NCBI GenBank assembly: GCA_027485595.1
Contig: JAIXQT010000185.1
Location: 727 to 64,726 of the forward strand
Reading direction: 5' to 3'
Origin: Pseudomonadota bacterium
GTDB taxonomy: Bacteria; Bdellovibrionota_C; UBA2361; OMII01
DNA: 64,000 nucleotides
Every line of letters starts with the position of its first letter. Position 1 is the stretch's first letter. A model generated the notes under the pieces. The model was not told the DNA's origin. It saw nothing but the letters and a program-made list of their open reading frames with translations, and made no database searches. A program made the translations under genes and the position numbers. Shown in pieces: positions 24,691-32,443 of the stretch.

Positions 24691-25971
24691 TTAGGACAGT
24701 GATGGCACGGAATCTCGTCGATACATCGCAACACCCGCGAAGGTAACGGCGCAATCGCTCGGGTAATCCACCGCCTGATCATAGGCAACTACATCAACTT
24801 CAGGTTTGCCACCCAAACGATTCAAGACGTCGAGCACGAGGTACATCGTTGGAAAGCCACAGACGCGGCGAGCGTCCTGATCCTCGGCGATATGATCGAA
24901 GAGCGCCTTTGGATTGCACTCCTCGATAGCGCGTAGGTATTGCTGGTCGCGGTAGCCTATCTCTCGCATCCGCTCAGGTGACAGCGCGCCATCATCGCCA
25001 AACGAGCGCCCGACGTGCGCCATATCGACTCCGGCGAGAAACGAGATCTTCTCCCCATATTTAGCTCTCTCTTTAATGATCTCGGTGAGAGCTCCAGCAA
25101 AGGTCTCATACTCCTCCCACTCCTGCGGATAGCGCATCGCCTCGAGCATCTGGTGGTAACTTCCCACAAGGATCGGAACAACAGGGGCATCCGATTGCAC
25201 CACTGAAAGGAAGGGAAGTTGCAATTCGAGCGAGTGCTCTCGCCGGTGAAGGTATTGATCAGCGAATGCGCGATCTACACCAAAACGATTCGCTAGCTGC
25301 GTAACGAACTTTTGATCACACGGATGCGTACCGAGCGGAGATTGAAAATCCTTCGCGCAGAGATGAAATATTCGTCTGCTGTACTGATGAGCGGTGCCGA
25401 TCAGGATGTAGGTATCAGCTCGTGATTCGGTGAGCCGGGGATATATGGCGCCGTAACACGCGCCACCCCTTCGGTAATCGATGTGCGGGGCGATAAGACA
25501 CGCGACATCTCGAGTTGTTGCAGGAGTCTCAAGGTCCTTGAGATATCCTCGCACCATCCCGGAAAGCTCCTCTTTGCTTGCGGGATATGCAGCCCCCGCC
25601 AGAGCCGCCGCCCGAACTGGCGCGGTAGTGAACGCATCCTTCGCAAGCTTCTCAGCCGCGAAGTACCGAGCGTTAGCCATAAAGAGATGGTCATCAAGTC
25701 GTGTGATGAGCTCGCGCAGCATATCAGGAGTAAGCCCCTGCGGGGCGAACTTCGCGACTATCTGCTCACTCGTCTGCACGCCATCGAGCTCAACGATAAC
25801 GGGAGCGAACTGTGGCATAAGCGCGAGCGGTGAGGCGGATATCCCGATCGGGCACTGAATGACGAGTGCGTCCTGCCCATCCAGATTGTGCATCCGGATG
25901 TCGAGGGGCCAGCGGAGTTTTGGGCGGGTAAACGTTGCGTCCATGGGGTACACATAAGGGTACATCACCAC
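24691..25971 (-). CDS. MEMO1-family (AmmeMemoRadiSam system protein B-like) protein with ~130-aa N-terminal extension
   Basis: 426 aa. LIAPHIDYRRGGACYG, ILIGTAH and LAGVDMAHVG match the Memo/extradiol-dioxygenase-like fold motifs. Confidence 0.8.
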   Translation of the reverse strand: MVMYPYVYPMDATFTRPKLRWPLDIRMHNLDGQDALVIQCPIGISASPLALMPQFAPVIVELDGVQTSEQIVAKFAPQGLTPDMLRELITRLDDHLFMANARYFAAEKLAKDAFTTAPVRAAALAGAAYPASKEELSGMVRGYLKDLETPATTRDVACLIAPHIDYRRGGACYGAIYPRLTESRADTYILIGTAHQYSRRIFHLCAKDFQSPLGTHPCDQKFVTQLANRFGVDRAFADQYLHRREHSLELQLPFLSVVQSDAPVVPILVGSYHQMLEAMRYPQEWEEYETFAGALTEIIKERAKYGEKISFLAGVDMAHVGRSFGDDGALSPERMREIGYRDQQYLRAIEECNPKALFDHIAEDQDARRVCGFPTMYLVLDVLNRLGGKPEVDVVAYDQAVDYPSDCAVTFAGVAMYRRDSVPSLS

Positions 25972-26037
25972 TCAGGAGGCGATCAAAGGAATTCCCCGTG
26001 AGGCGGGGTGGTCATGGCCCCTGGCGGTGTTCGGTTC

Positions 26038-26388
26038 TCAGCCAGCGTGATGCGGCTCAGCGACGGAGTAGCCTCCCCGCTCTGAAAGCTCTCGACGGAT
26101 AGATGCGGCTATCTCCTCCATCTCTACGTTCCCGCGGCCGGATATCTGGTGCGAATTCACGTTCACCGACGGGGTGGTAGTAGGATCGAACATTACCGAT
26201 ATTCCAGGGGAGGAACTCAACGACCACTTATAATCACCAGTGCGCGAGCGCTCCGGGAGGTGAATAGTACACAACGCCATGCCATACGCGGCGTTTGCAT
26301 CGACGAACCACGCATCGGCGAAGAGCGGGGCGACTACCTTGAGAGCGGCGTTAACTGCATCGACGAATCGTTGAGATCGGACGGGCAT
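26038..26388 (-). CDS. hypothetical protein
   Basis: ORF 26038..26493. The probable start is the ATG at 26388 (MPVRSQRFVDAVNAALKVV..). It is followed on its strand by the hairpin ccccgc-ctca-cgggg. Confidence 0.5.
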   Translation of the reverse strand: MPVRSQRFVDAVNAALKVVAPLFADAWFVDANAAYGMALCTIHLPERSRTGDYKWSLSSSPGISVMFDPTTTPSVNVNSHQISGRGNVEMEEIAASIRRELSERGGYSVAEPHHAG

Positions 26389-26718
26389 CTCAGTTACTTT
26401 CTCATCCGGAAGCGAGGTTTGAGATTGCGCTCGGCGGGGCGGCAGAGAGAGACACGCAAAGGAGAGTCGAGGTTGCAACAGGGGCTGGTGCATACGCGAT
26501 TCCTGACAGTGAAAGCATGTGACGACCGGCTAGGCATAGCACGATTTCGTTAAGGCGTGCGGAACTTTTTAATCCTCATAACAATTGAGGGGGTATTACT
26601 ACAAACGGGAACCATGGGGGCGTTTCCCCTAAAATTGGGGACGCTTCTGCTCTGTAGAAAAACTCTAGATCAAGCGTTGATAGCTACATTGTGGCAGATG
26701 GCTCGCAGAGCGAGTTCT

Positions 26719-26773
26719 CGATAACGTTATTAATGAGCGGCGGTGCTCCGTCCGCTCGGTTTGGTTGTTATGC
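26719..26773 (-). other. attC of cassette 2 (55 bp)
   Basis: Minus strand: GCATAAC-aaccaaacc-GAGCGG-acggagcaccg-CCGCTC-attaataac-GTTATCG (R''-L''...L'-R'). Confidence 0.75.
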
Positions 26774-26779
26774 CGTCCA

Positions 26780-27148
26780 TCAAGAGGAATATTCAATCCC
26801 CAACATGCGCAGTAGATATCTTGCTCCCACTATCATTGCGGCAATCAGCCAGATTTTCGCAATCACGCTAAGCTGGTTGCGCAGTTTCAACTTTCGTATG
26901 TGGAAAGAAAACAAGATTGTCCCAACGACCAATCCAAGTACGAAGAAGATTGCGACATCCCCACGCAAATCCCGACTTAAGTAATGACACCAAAGCTGAC
27001 TTAGCGTTGCCTTGGAGGCTTCAAAGGTTTGGCAGTATAGATTTCTACCAATATGGCAAAGAAAGACCGTGCTTAGCGTGCACGGAACTAGCGTTCCAGT
27101 GAGCAGGAGCAAATGAAGTAAGACCTGTTTCATTAAAAGAGCTACCAA
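26780..27148 (-). CDS. integron cassette 2 ORF: small membrane protein, function unknown
   Basis: 122 aa from a TTG start, or from the ATG at 27133 (MKQVLLHLLLLTG). Three or four hydrophobic helices. It starts 12-30 nt after the cassette boundary and ends 7 nt before attC. Confidence 0.6.
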   Translation of the reverse strand: MVALLMKQVLLHLLLLTGTLVPCTLSTVFLCHIGRNLYCQTFEASKATLSQLWCHYLSRDLRGDVAIFFVLGLVVGTILFSFHIRKLKLRNQLSVIAKIWLIAAMIVGARYLLRMLGIEYSS

Positions 27149-27160
27149 GACTCAAGAGCG

Positions 27161-27253
27161 GCATAACGTTTGACGTGAGGGGCGGCCGGAGCCGCAGGCG
27201 GAGGGAACCGCAAGCGCAGCTTGCGGACGTCCCTCTCGACGGAATTGTTAGCC
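27161..27253 (-). other. attC of cassette 1 (93 bp)
   Basis: Minus strand: GGCTAAC-aattcc-GTCGAGAGGGA...GACGTGAGGGG(rc)-aaac-GTTATGC. It is an imperfect inverted repeat. The TAA stop of the cassette 1 ORF lies inside R''. Confidence 0.75.
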
Positions 27254-27670
27254 GACATAGTGCTGCACCCAAGGGTTTTTGACGACTGACGCCAGCTGCG
27301 ATGGCTCAAACTCGAAGCCAAAGGAAACGGAATGCCAGAAACTTTGGTTTTCGGAAATGATGTGATGGCCAATGGAGCCCTGAACGGCCAACTGCCCTCT
27401 TGAATTTGCGGCGAACACTTTTAGCGTTAGCTCATTGGGGGACATCGACGACAGATTGGCTTCGCCCGCGAGAGCCTGATTGAGAGCGACCAACTCCGCG
27501 CAGAATTTTTTCATTTCTTCCGCGTGAGCCCACGCAGAGGCTGTGCCCTCGAACCCGTGCGAGCCCACAGATACTTCTATGTTTGCATCCTCGAAGCTGG
27601 GGAGCTGTGGCTCCTCTTCAACGAAGACACTCATCTCGAAAAAATTGTCGTGATTGGTAAGTCGGAACAT
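27248..27670 (-). CDS. integron cassette 1 ORF: hypothetical soluble protein
   Basis: 140 aa. The ATG lies 7 nt downstream of the GTTAGCC junction. No motif recognised. Confidence 0.65.
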   Translation of the reverse strand: MFRLTNHDNFFEMSVFVEEEPQLPSFEDANIEVSVGSHGFEGTASAWAHAEEMKKFCAELVALNQALAGEANLSSMSPNELTLKVFAANSRGQLAVQGSIGHHIISENQSFWHSVSFGFEFEPSQLASVVKNPWVQHYVG

Positions 27671-27677
27671 TGATGAC

Positions 27678-27684
27678 GGCTAAC
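27678..27684 (-). other. attI / first-cassette recombination junction (G|TTAGCC)
   Basis: The minus-strand GTTAGCC is the exact reverse complement of R'' (GGCTAAC) of attC at 27247..27253. Confidence 0.7.
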
Positions 27685-27910
27685 ATAGGTATTGTGCAGA
27701 TCCGGTGATCTAGCACGTTTACTCATTCCTTTCATCGTATCCCAGCGGCCGTCCCGCCCTCAATCAAAAATAAACCATCATGGATTCAGTCAATTAGAGC
27801 GACAAAGCTACCTTTTCGGCTAGTCCGGTATGTATACCTGAGAGTGTAGATCACCAGATCGGTTGTTCTGGGTCGCGAAACCTTTCTCCGGATTTTTCGA
27901 TACCCCTAGG

Positions 27911-28891
27911 ATGGAATCACATGAACGACCCAAAAAATTTCTGGATCTCGTAAGGGAACGAATTCGACTCCGGCATCTTAGTTATACGACCGAGAAGAGC
28001 TACATCGGGTGGATTCGAAGATTCATTCTCTTTCATGGCAAGAGGCATCCGCAGGAGATGGGCGAGGAGCATCTTGTGGCGTTCCTATCAGACCTCGCGG
28101 TTCAACGGAACTGTTCACCCGGCACTCAGAACCAAGCTCTCAACGCCATCGTTTTTCTCTTTCGGCATGTGCTTCGGCGAGACGTGGGTGAGTTTAAAGG
28201 TATTATGTGGTCCCGGCGAAAGCGGAGGGTCCCGGAGGTCATGACGAGGGAGGAGGTAGCGCGCGTACTTCAAGCGCTGAAGCACCAGCCCCAGAAATGG
28301 CTTATCGGATGTTTGCTGTATGGATGTGGTCTGCGACTATCAGAGGCGCTCCATATTAGGGTCAAGGATATCGAGTTCGGCCAGGGATTCATCGCCATTC
28401 GCGATGCCAAAGGAGATAAAGATCGAATTGTGCCACTCCCAAAAAGGTTGGTGGCTCCGCTACGAAAGCAGCTCTCAATTGCAGAGGGTATCCATCAGGC
28501 TGACATCAAGGCCGGATATGGTCGGGTGTCACTACCGTTTGCTTTGTCGAAGAAGTACCCGAACGCCGACCGGGAATGGGCGTGGCAGTATCTCTTTCCC
28601 TCAACGAAGCTATCGCGAGACCCTCGCAGCGGCGATATTAAGCGCCACCACATATTCGACACCTTCATGGACAACGCTGTGAAGCAGGCGGCGCTCGCCG
28701 CGGGTCTCTCAAAACGGATCACCTGCCACACCTTTCGCCACTCCTTCGCGACTCATCTCCTCGAGAACGGACGGGATATTCGTCTCATTCAGGAGCTGCT
28801 CGGGCACAGCGATGTGAAGACCACCATGATCTATACACACGTGGCGAAGTCACCGGTGCCGCGCGTGGTGAGTCCGTTTGATGAGTTGTAG
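27911..28891 (+). CDS. intI: integron integrase
   Basis: Tyrosine recombinase boxes GLRLSEAL, HTFRHSFATHLL and MIYTHV, plus the IntI-specific additional domain ALSKKYPNADREWAWQYLFPSTKLSRDPRSGDIKRHHI. Start taken at the ATG at 27911; the ORF track starts at the TTG at 27863. Confidence 0.92.
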   Translation: MESHERPKKFLDLVRERIRLRHLSYTTEKSYIGWIRRFILFHGKRHPQEMGEEHLVAFLSDLAVQRNCSPGTQNQALNAIVFLFRHVLRRDVGEFKGIMWSRRKRRVPEVMTREEVARVLQALKHQPQKWLIGCLLYGCGLRLSEALHIRVKDIEFGQGFIAIRDAKGDKDRIVPLPKRLVAPLRKQLSIAEGIHQADIKAGYGRVSLPFALSKKYPNADREWAWQYLFPSTKLSRDPRSGDIKRHHIFDTFMDNAVKQAALAAGLSKRITCHTFRHSFATHLLENGRDIRLIQELLGHSDVKTTMIYTHVAKSPVPRVVSPFDEL

Positions 28892-28952
28892 TGCGGTATA
28901 TCCTCCTTTCAGTGACACAACAAAGGATTGGCGTAGGCAACCGTACCAACTG

Positions 28953-30116
28953 TTACAGCGTGCCAATATCGGAGATCGGCACAATCGATACATCGTCAAC
29001 CTTAAACGTTTCCGCTCCCGTATAAACGATACACGACTGACTGACACGTGCGGACGGCTGCGCCCGGTAAAAGCGTATATTCTTGAGAAACTCCGCGTTA
29101 AAAGTGGAGCTTGCTTTAACCTCAAGAAGTTTGACATTCGCTCCGTCGTCGATCACAAAGTCGATCTCATGTCCGGCGCTATCGCGGAAAAATCCGAGGG
29201 AGTGCTCGCGGCCTGAATTGTAGCGATTCTTGATAAGCTCACTCGCCACAAAGGTCTCTACTATCGCGCCGCGCAGCGGGTGGTGCGCGATCTGTTCAGA
29301 GGAACGAATGCCGAGGAGGTAGCATAGAAGTCCCGTGTCGAGGAAGTAGAGCTTTGGAGACTTGAGGATCCGTTTAGAGAGATTGACATGATGGGGCTGT
29401 AGTCGAGTGAGGATAAAGCTCGTCTCCAGTACGGAGATCCACTCGCGGACTGTACTCTGATCGATACCGGCCTCAGCGCCGAGGTTTGTCGCGTTGAGGA
29501 GCTGTCCACTGCGGGTCGCGCAGAGCCTCAAGAAACGCTCAAAAAGACCGAGATCCCTCACATTTATTATCTGCCGAACATCTCGCTCAAGGTATGTTTG
29601 AACATAGAATGATAGGGCCTGACTTGGGTCCAACCTGTCATGAAGAATTCGAGGATAACCCCCGCTAAAGAGATAGTCATGCAGAGAGCTCGGTGCACTG
29701 CCAGAACTTTTCAATTCAGCCGAGCTGAATGGTAGAAGTTTAAGAATTGCGGTCCGGCCCGCGAGGGATTGGGAAACGGACTCCATGAGTTGGTACTGAT
29801 GGCTCCCGGTGAGAATGAACTCCCCGGTAGTGCCTCGCTCATCCACGGCGACCTGGATATACGATGCGAGCTCGGGTAAGTGCTGAATCTCGTCGATGAT
29901 GCATCCACCTTTGTGAGCATCGATGAATCCACGTGGGTCCTCCGCTATTCGAGCCCTTTCATCGGGTCTCTCGAGGTTGAACAGTGGCAGAGATGGAAAT
30001 GCCATCTTGCATAAGGTTGATTTGCCGGACTGGCGGGGGCCAACTACGGTAACCACCGGATACTGTCGGGATAGGCTTACGAGATGGGGGGAGAGGGCTC
30101 TTTCAATCACCCCCAC
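28953..30116 (-). CDS. AAA-family ATPase of the DUF4143 / COG1373 type
   Basis: 387 aa. Walker A VVGPRQSGKSTL, Walker B CIIDEIQ and a C-terminal restriction-endonuclease-like region, which is typical of this family. Confidence 0.75.
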   Translation of the reverse strand: MGVIERALSPHLVSLSRQYPVVTVVGPRQSGKSTLCKMAFPSLPLFNLERPDERARIAEDPRGFIDAHKGGCIIDEIQHLPELASYIQVAVDERGTTGEFILTGSHQYQLMESVSQSLAGRTAILKLLPFSSAELKSSGSAPSSLHDYLFSGGYPRILHDRLDPSQALSFYVQTYLERDVRQIINVRDLGLFERFLRLCATRSGQLLNATNLGAEAGIDQSTVREWISVLETSFILTRLQPHHVNLSKRILKSPKLYFLDTGLLCYLLGIRSSEQIAHHPLRGAIVETFVASELIKNRYNSGREHSLGFFRDSAGHEIDFVIDDGANVKLLEVKASSTFNAEFLKNIRFYRAQPSARVSQSCIVYTGAETFKVDDVSIVPISDIGTL

Positions 30117-30331
30117 AGATTAGGGTTTCAATCCCCAATATGCAAGATCTCATTTTAGAACAATAACCTCAGCTAGTTACGGACTCTCCTTGCCTTCCTG
30201 TGCCTCTTACGACACTACTTCCCGCTACAGGAGGGTAAAGCCCCTGTCAGTGCATGACTGAGGTGCTTTTCTAACAACGGCTTCCGAAACCTATCATCGT
30301 TTCCCTCGATATGTAGGTTGGAGGATTTTCT

Positions 30332-30841
30332 ATGTCACAACAGGAGCCAGCCCAACTAGTAGGTATCGAGGGATTAATTTACCTCATCCGCGGTCAAAAG
30401 GTGATGTTAGACAAAGATCTTGCGGCACTGTACGGAGTGGATACGCGGAGCCTGGTACAGGCTGTTAAACGAAACGCCCGGCGCTTCCCAGAAGACTTCT
30501 GTTTTTCATTGTCAGATCAAGAGTTTGGTATTTTGAGATCACAAATTGTGATCTCAAACCGCGGCGGTCGAAGAACACCTCCCCTGGTATTTACGGAACA
30601 GGGGGTCGCAATGCTCTCGGGTGTCTTACACAGCGACAGAGCCATCCAAGCGAACGTTGAGATCATGCGAACGTTCGTGAGACTTCGAAAGTTACTGGTA
30701 ACCAATGAAGCACTCGCAGAAAAATTAGACATTTTGGAAAAGCGCTACGACAAGCAATTCAAATTGGTCTTTGACGCTATTAGGGAAATTATGACTCCTA
30801 CTCAACCGCCCCCGAAACGAAGAATTGGTTTCGGGAGATGA
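30332..30841 (+). CDS. ORF6N (KilA-N-related) DNA-binding domain protein
   Basis: [50 protein letters not shown] is the characteristic ORF6N block. Confidence 0.75.
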   Translation: MSQQEPAQLVGIEGLIYLIRGQKVMLDKDLAALYGVDTRSLVQAVKRNARRFPEDFCFSLSDQEFGILRSQIVISNRGGRRTPPLVFTEQGVAMLSGVLHSDRAIQANVEIMRTFVRLRKLLVTNEALAEKLDILEKRYDKQFKLVFDAIREIMTPTQPPPKRRIGFGR

Positions 30842-30986
30842 TGCCTTTTGCGCTTTGAGCTGTGAGAGAAAATCGGCAGCCACCAAAATCTTTTGGGGTT
30901 AACGGGTCGTGACTCCGATTGATAAACTATAGGATGCCGTGTCGGCTCCCCGTCGCGTACACTTTGAGAGCGTATAGATATACCGG

Positions 30987-32369
30987 TCACTTCCCAATAC
31001 AGAACTTGGAAAAGATCCTGCCGAGAATATCCTCGGTATAAGTCTTTCCGATGATCTCATCGAGCGCATTGAGCGCTTCCCGAATATCGGCCACAAGAAT
31101 TGGCAACGCCGGTGTTTTTGAGGCGACGGCGTCAGCGAATCGAACGAGGGAATCCTCCGCTCGACGAAGGCAGTCACGATGGCGCTCATTGGTAACGACC
31201 TCTCCAACCTCTCCACGCTCCGGCATGCTTTTGCCAACGTCCTCAACGAGCGCTTCGATGAGCGCCCCAATGCCAGCACCGGTTTTCGCTGAGATATAAA
31301 AGTTCTGCTGACAGGTCTTTGAGTCACAGAAGACCTTGATCATCGCGTTTGGGTTGAGATCGATCTTGTTTACCACGAGCCATACTCGCTTACCGCTCTC
31401 CCGCAGTAGGTCAGCGGTTGACTGCCAGCTTAGGGCCTCATCGGTTGCGTCAACGACAAGGAGTACGAGATCAGCCCACGGAATACGTTCCTTTGCGAGC
31501 TCGACACCGATCTTCTCAATCTCATCGGTCGTTTCCCTAATACCGGCTGAGTCACAGAACACGAATTTCTGGCCTCCGAGCGATGCCTCCTCCTCGATAA
31601 GGTCTCGAGTCGTTCCCGATATCGGTGAAACGATCGCTCGCTTCTTTCCAAGAATAAGATTTAAGAGGCTCGATTTTCCGGCGTTTGGCTGACCACAAAG
31701 GAGCACGCGAGCGCCCTCTTTTACGAGAGCGCCGAACGCGTACGTAGAGAGGAGCTGCGACACCTTAGCGCGCGCTACCTCGGCGCGAGCCGCTATCTGA
31801 TCGATCCGTTCGGGCTCAATATCCTCTTCGGGGAAATCTATTGAAGCCTCAAGTTCAGCGAGTACATCTCGGAGCGGTTCGCCGATCGCGGATACCGCTT
31901 GGCTTAACCGGCCCTTCAATTGCTCTCCAGCGAAGCGGAGCTCCTCCTCTCCCTTGGCGTTGATTACATCGGCGATCGCCTCAGCTTGCGCGAGATCTAA
32001 CTTGCCGTTTAGGAATGCGCGCTTGGTGAACTCGCCGGCCGCGGCAGGAAGGATTCCGTATGCGTAAAGGGAGCGCAGCACCTGTTGCACAAGCAGAGGA
32101 CTTCCGTGGAACTGAAACTCGGCGACATCCTCTCCGGTAAAGCTCCACGGAGCGGGCATAAAAACCGCGAGCCCTTTGTCGAGAGTCGCTGACGTCTTAA
32201 AGTCCAGGATCTCTCCAAAGATAAGTGTACGGGCATGCCGCAGCGGATCTTTCTTACCCTTAAAGAGCGCTTTCAGCGCGAGTCTCGTGCGCGGGCCGCT
32301 CACTCGAATCACAGCGACCCCGGCGGGAACGGGCGCGGTCGCGAGTGCTGCTATCGTTGTTTCTTCCAT
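30987..32369 (-). CDS. mnmE: tRNA modification GTPase MnmE
   Basis: 460 aa. G1 motif GQPNAGKSSLLN and C-terminal FCIGK. Confidence 0.93.
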   Translation of the reverse strand: MEETTIAALATAPVPAGVAVIRVSGPRTRLALKALFKGKKDPLRHARTLIFGEILDFKTSATLDKGLAVFMPAPWSFTGEDVAEFQFHGSPLLVQQVLRSLYAYGILPAAAGEFTKRAFLNGKLDLAQAEAIADVINAKGEEELRFAGEQLKGRLSQAVSAIGEPLRDVLAELEASIDFPEEDIEPERIDQIAARAEVARAKVSQLLSTYAFGALVKEGARVLLCGQPNAGKSSLLNLILGKKRAIVSPISGTTRDLIEEEASLGGQKFVFCDSAGIRETTDEIEKIGVELAKERIPWADLVLLVVDATDEALSWQSTADLLRESGKRVWLVVNKIDLNPNAMIKVFCDSKTCQQNFYISAKTGAGIGALIEALVEDVGKSMPERGEVGEVVTNERHRDCLRRAEDSLVRFADAVASKTPALPILVADIREALNALDEIIGKTYTEDILGRIFSKFCIGK

Positions 32370-32443
32370 GTCGGTTCTCGTTACTTGTTCGTAACCATCA
32401 AGACGTTCATGGAGAGTATAATCTTCATCCCGCTCCCAACCTA

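Larger units (their letters stand above)
26719..28891. mobile_element. chromosomal integron: intI, attI junction and two gene cassettes, each with an attC
   Basis: The IntI-specific insertion is present. The cassette boundary 7-mers satisfy exact R''/R' complementarity (see findings). The cassettes are transcribed away from intI. Confidence 0.85.

Noticed and set aside
24284-24754. 156-aa and 89-aa minus-strand ORFs between the operon and the Memo gene
   Set aside because: Their composition is Arg/Cys-rich, they overlap the 3' end of the Memo gene, and they have no motifs. The plus-strand 80-aa frame looks more gene-like, but that call is still low confidence.
26575-26685. Possible additional attC (cataac..aattgaggggg..cccctaaaatt..gttgata)
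   Set aside because: The terminal 7-mers are not complementary to each other or to the expected TTATCG cassette start. The inner repeats pair poorly. Accepting it would create an empty 35-bp cassette.
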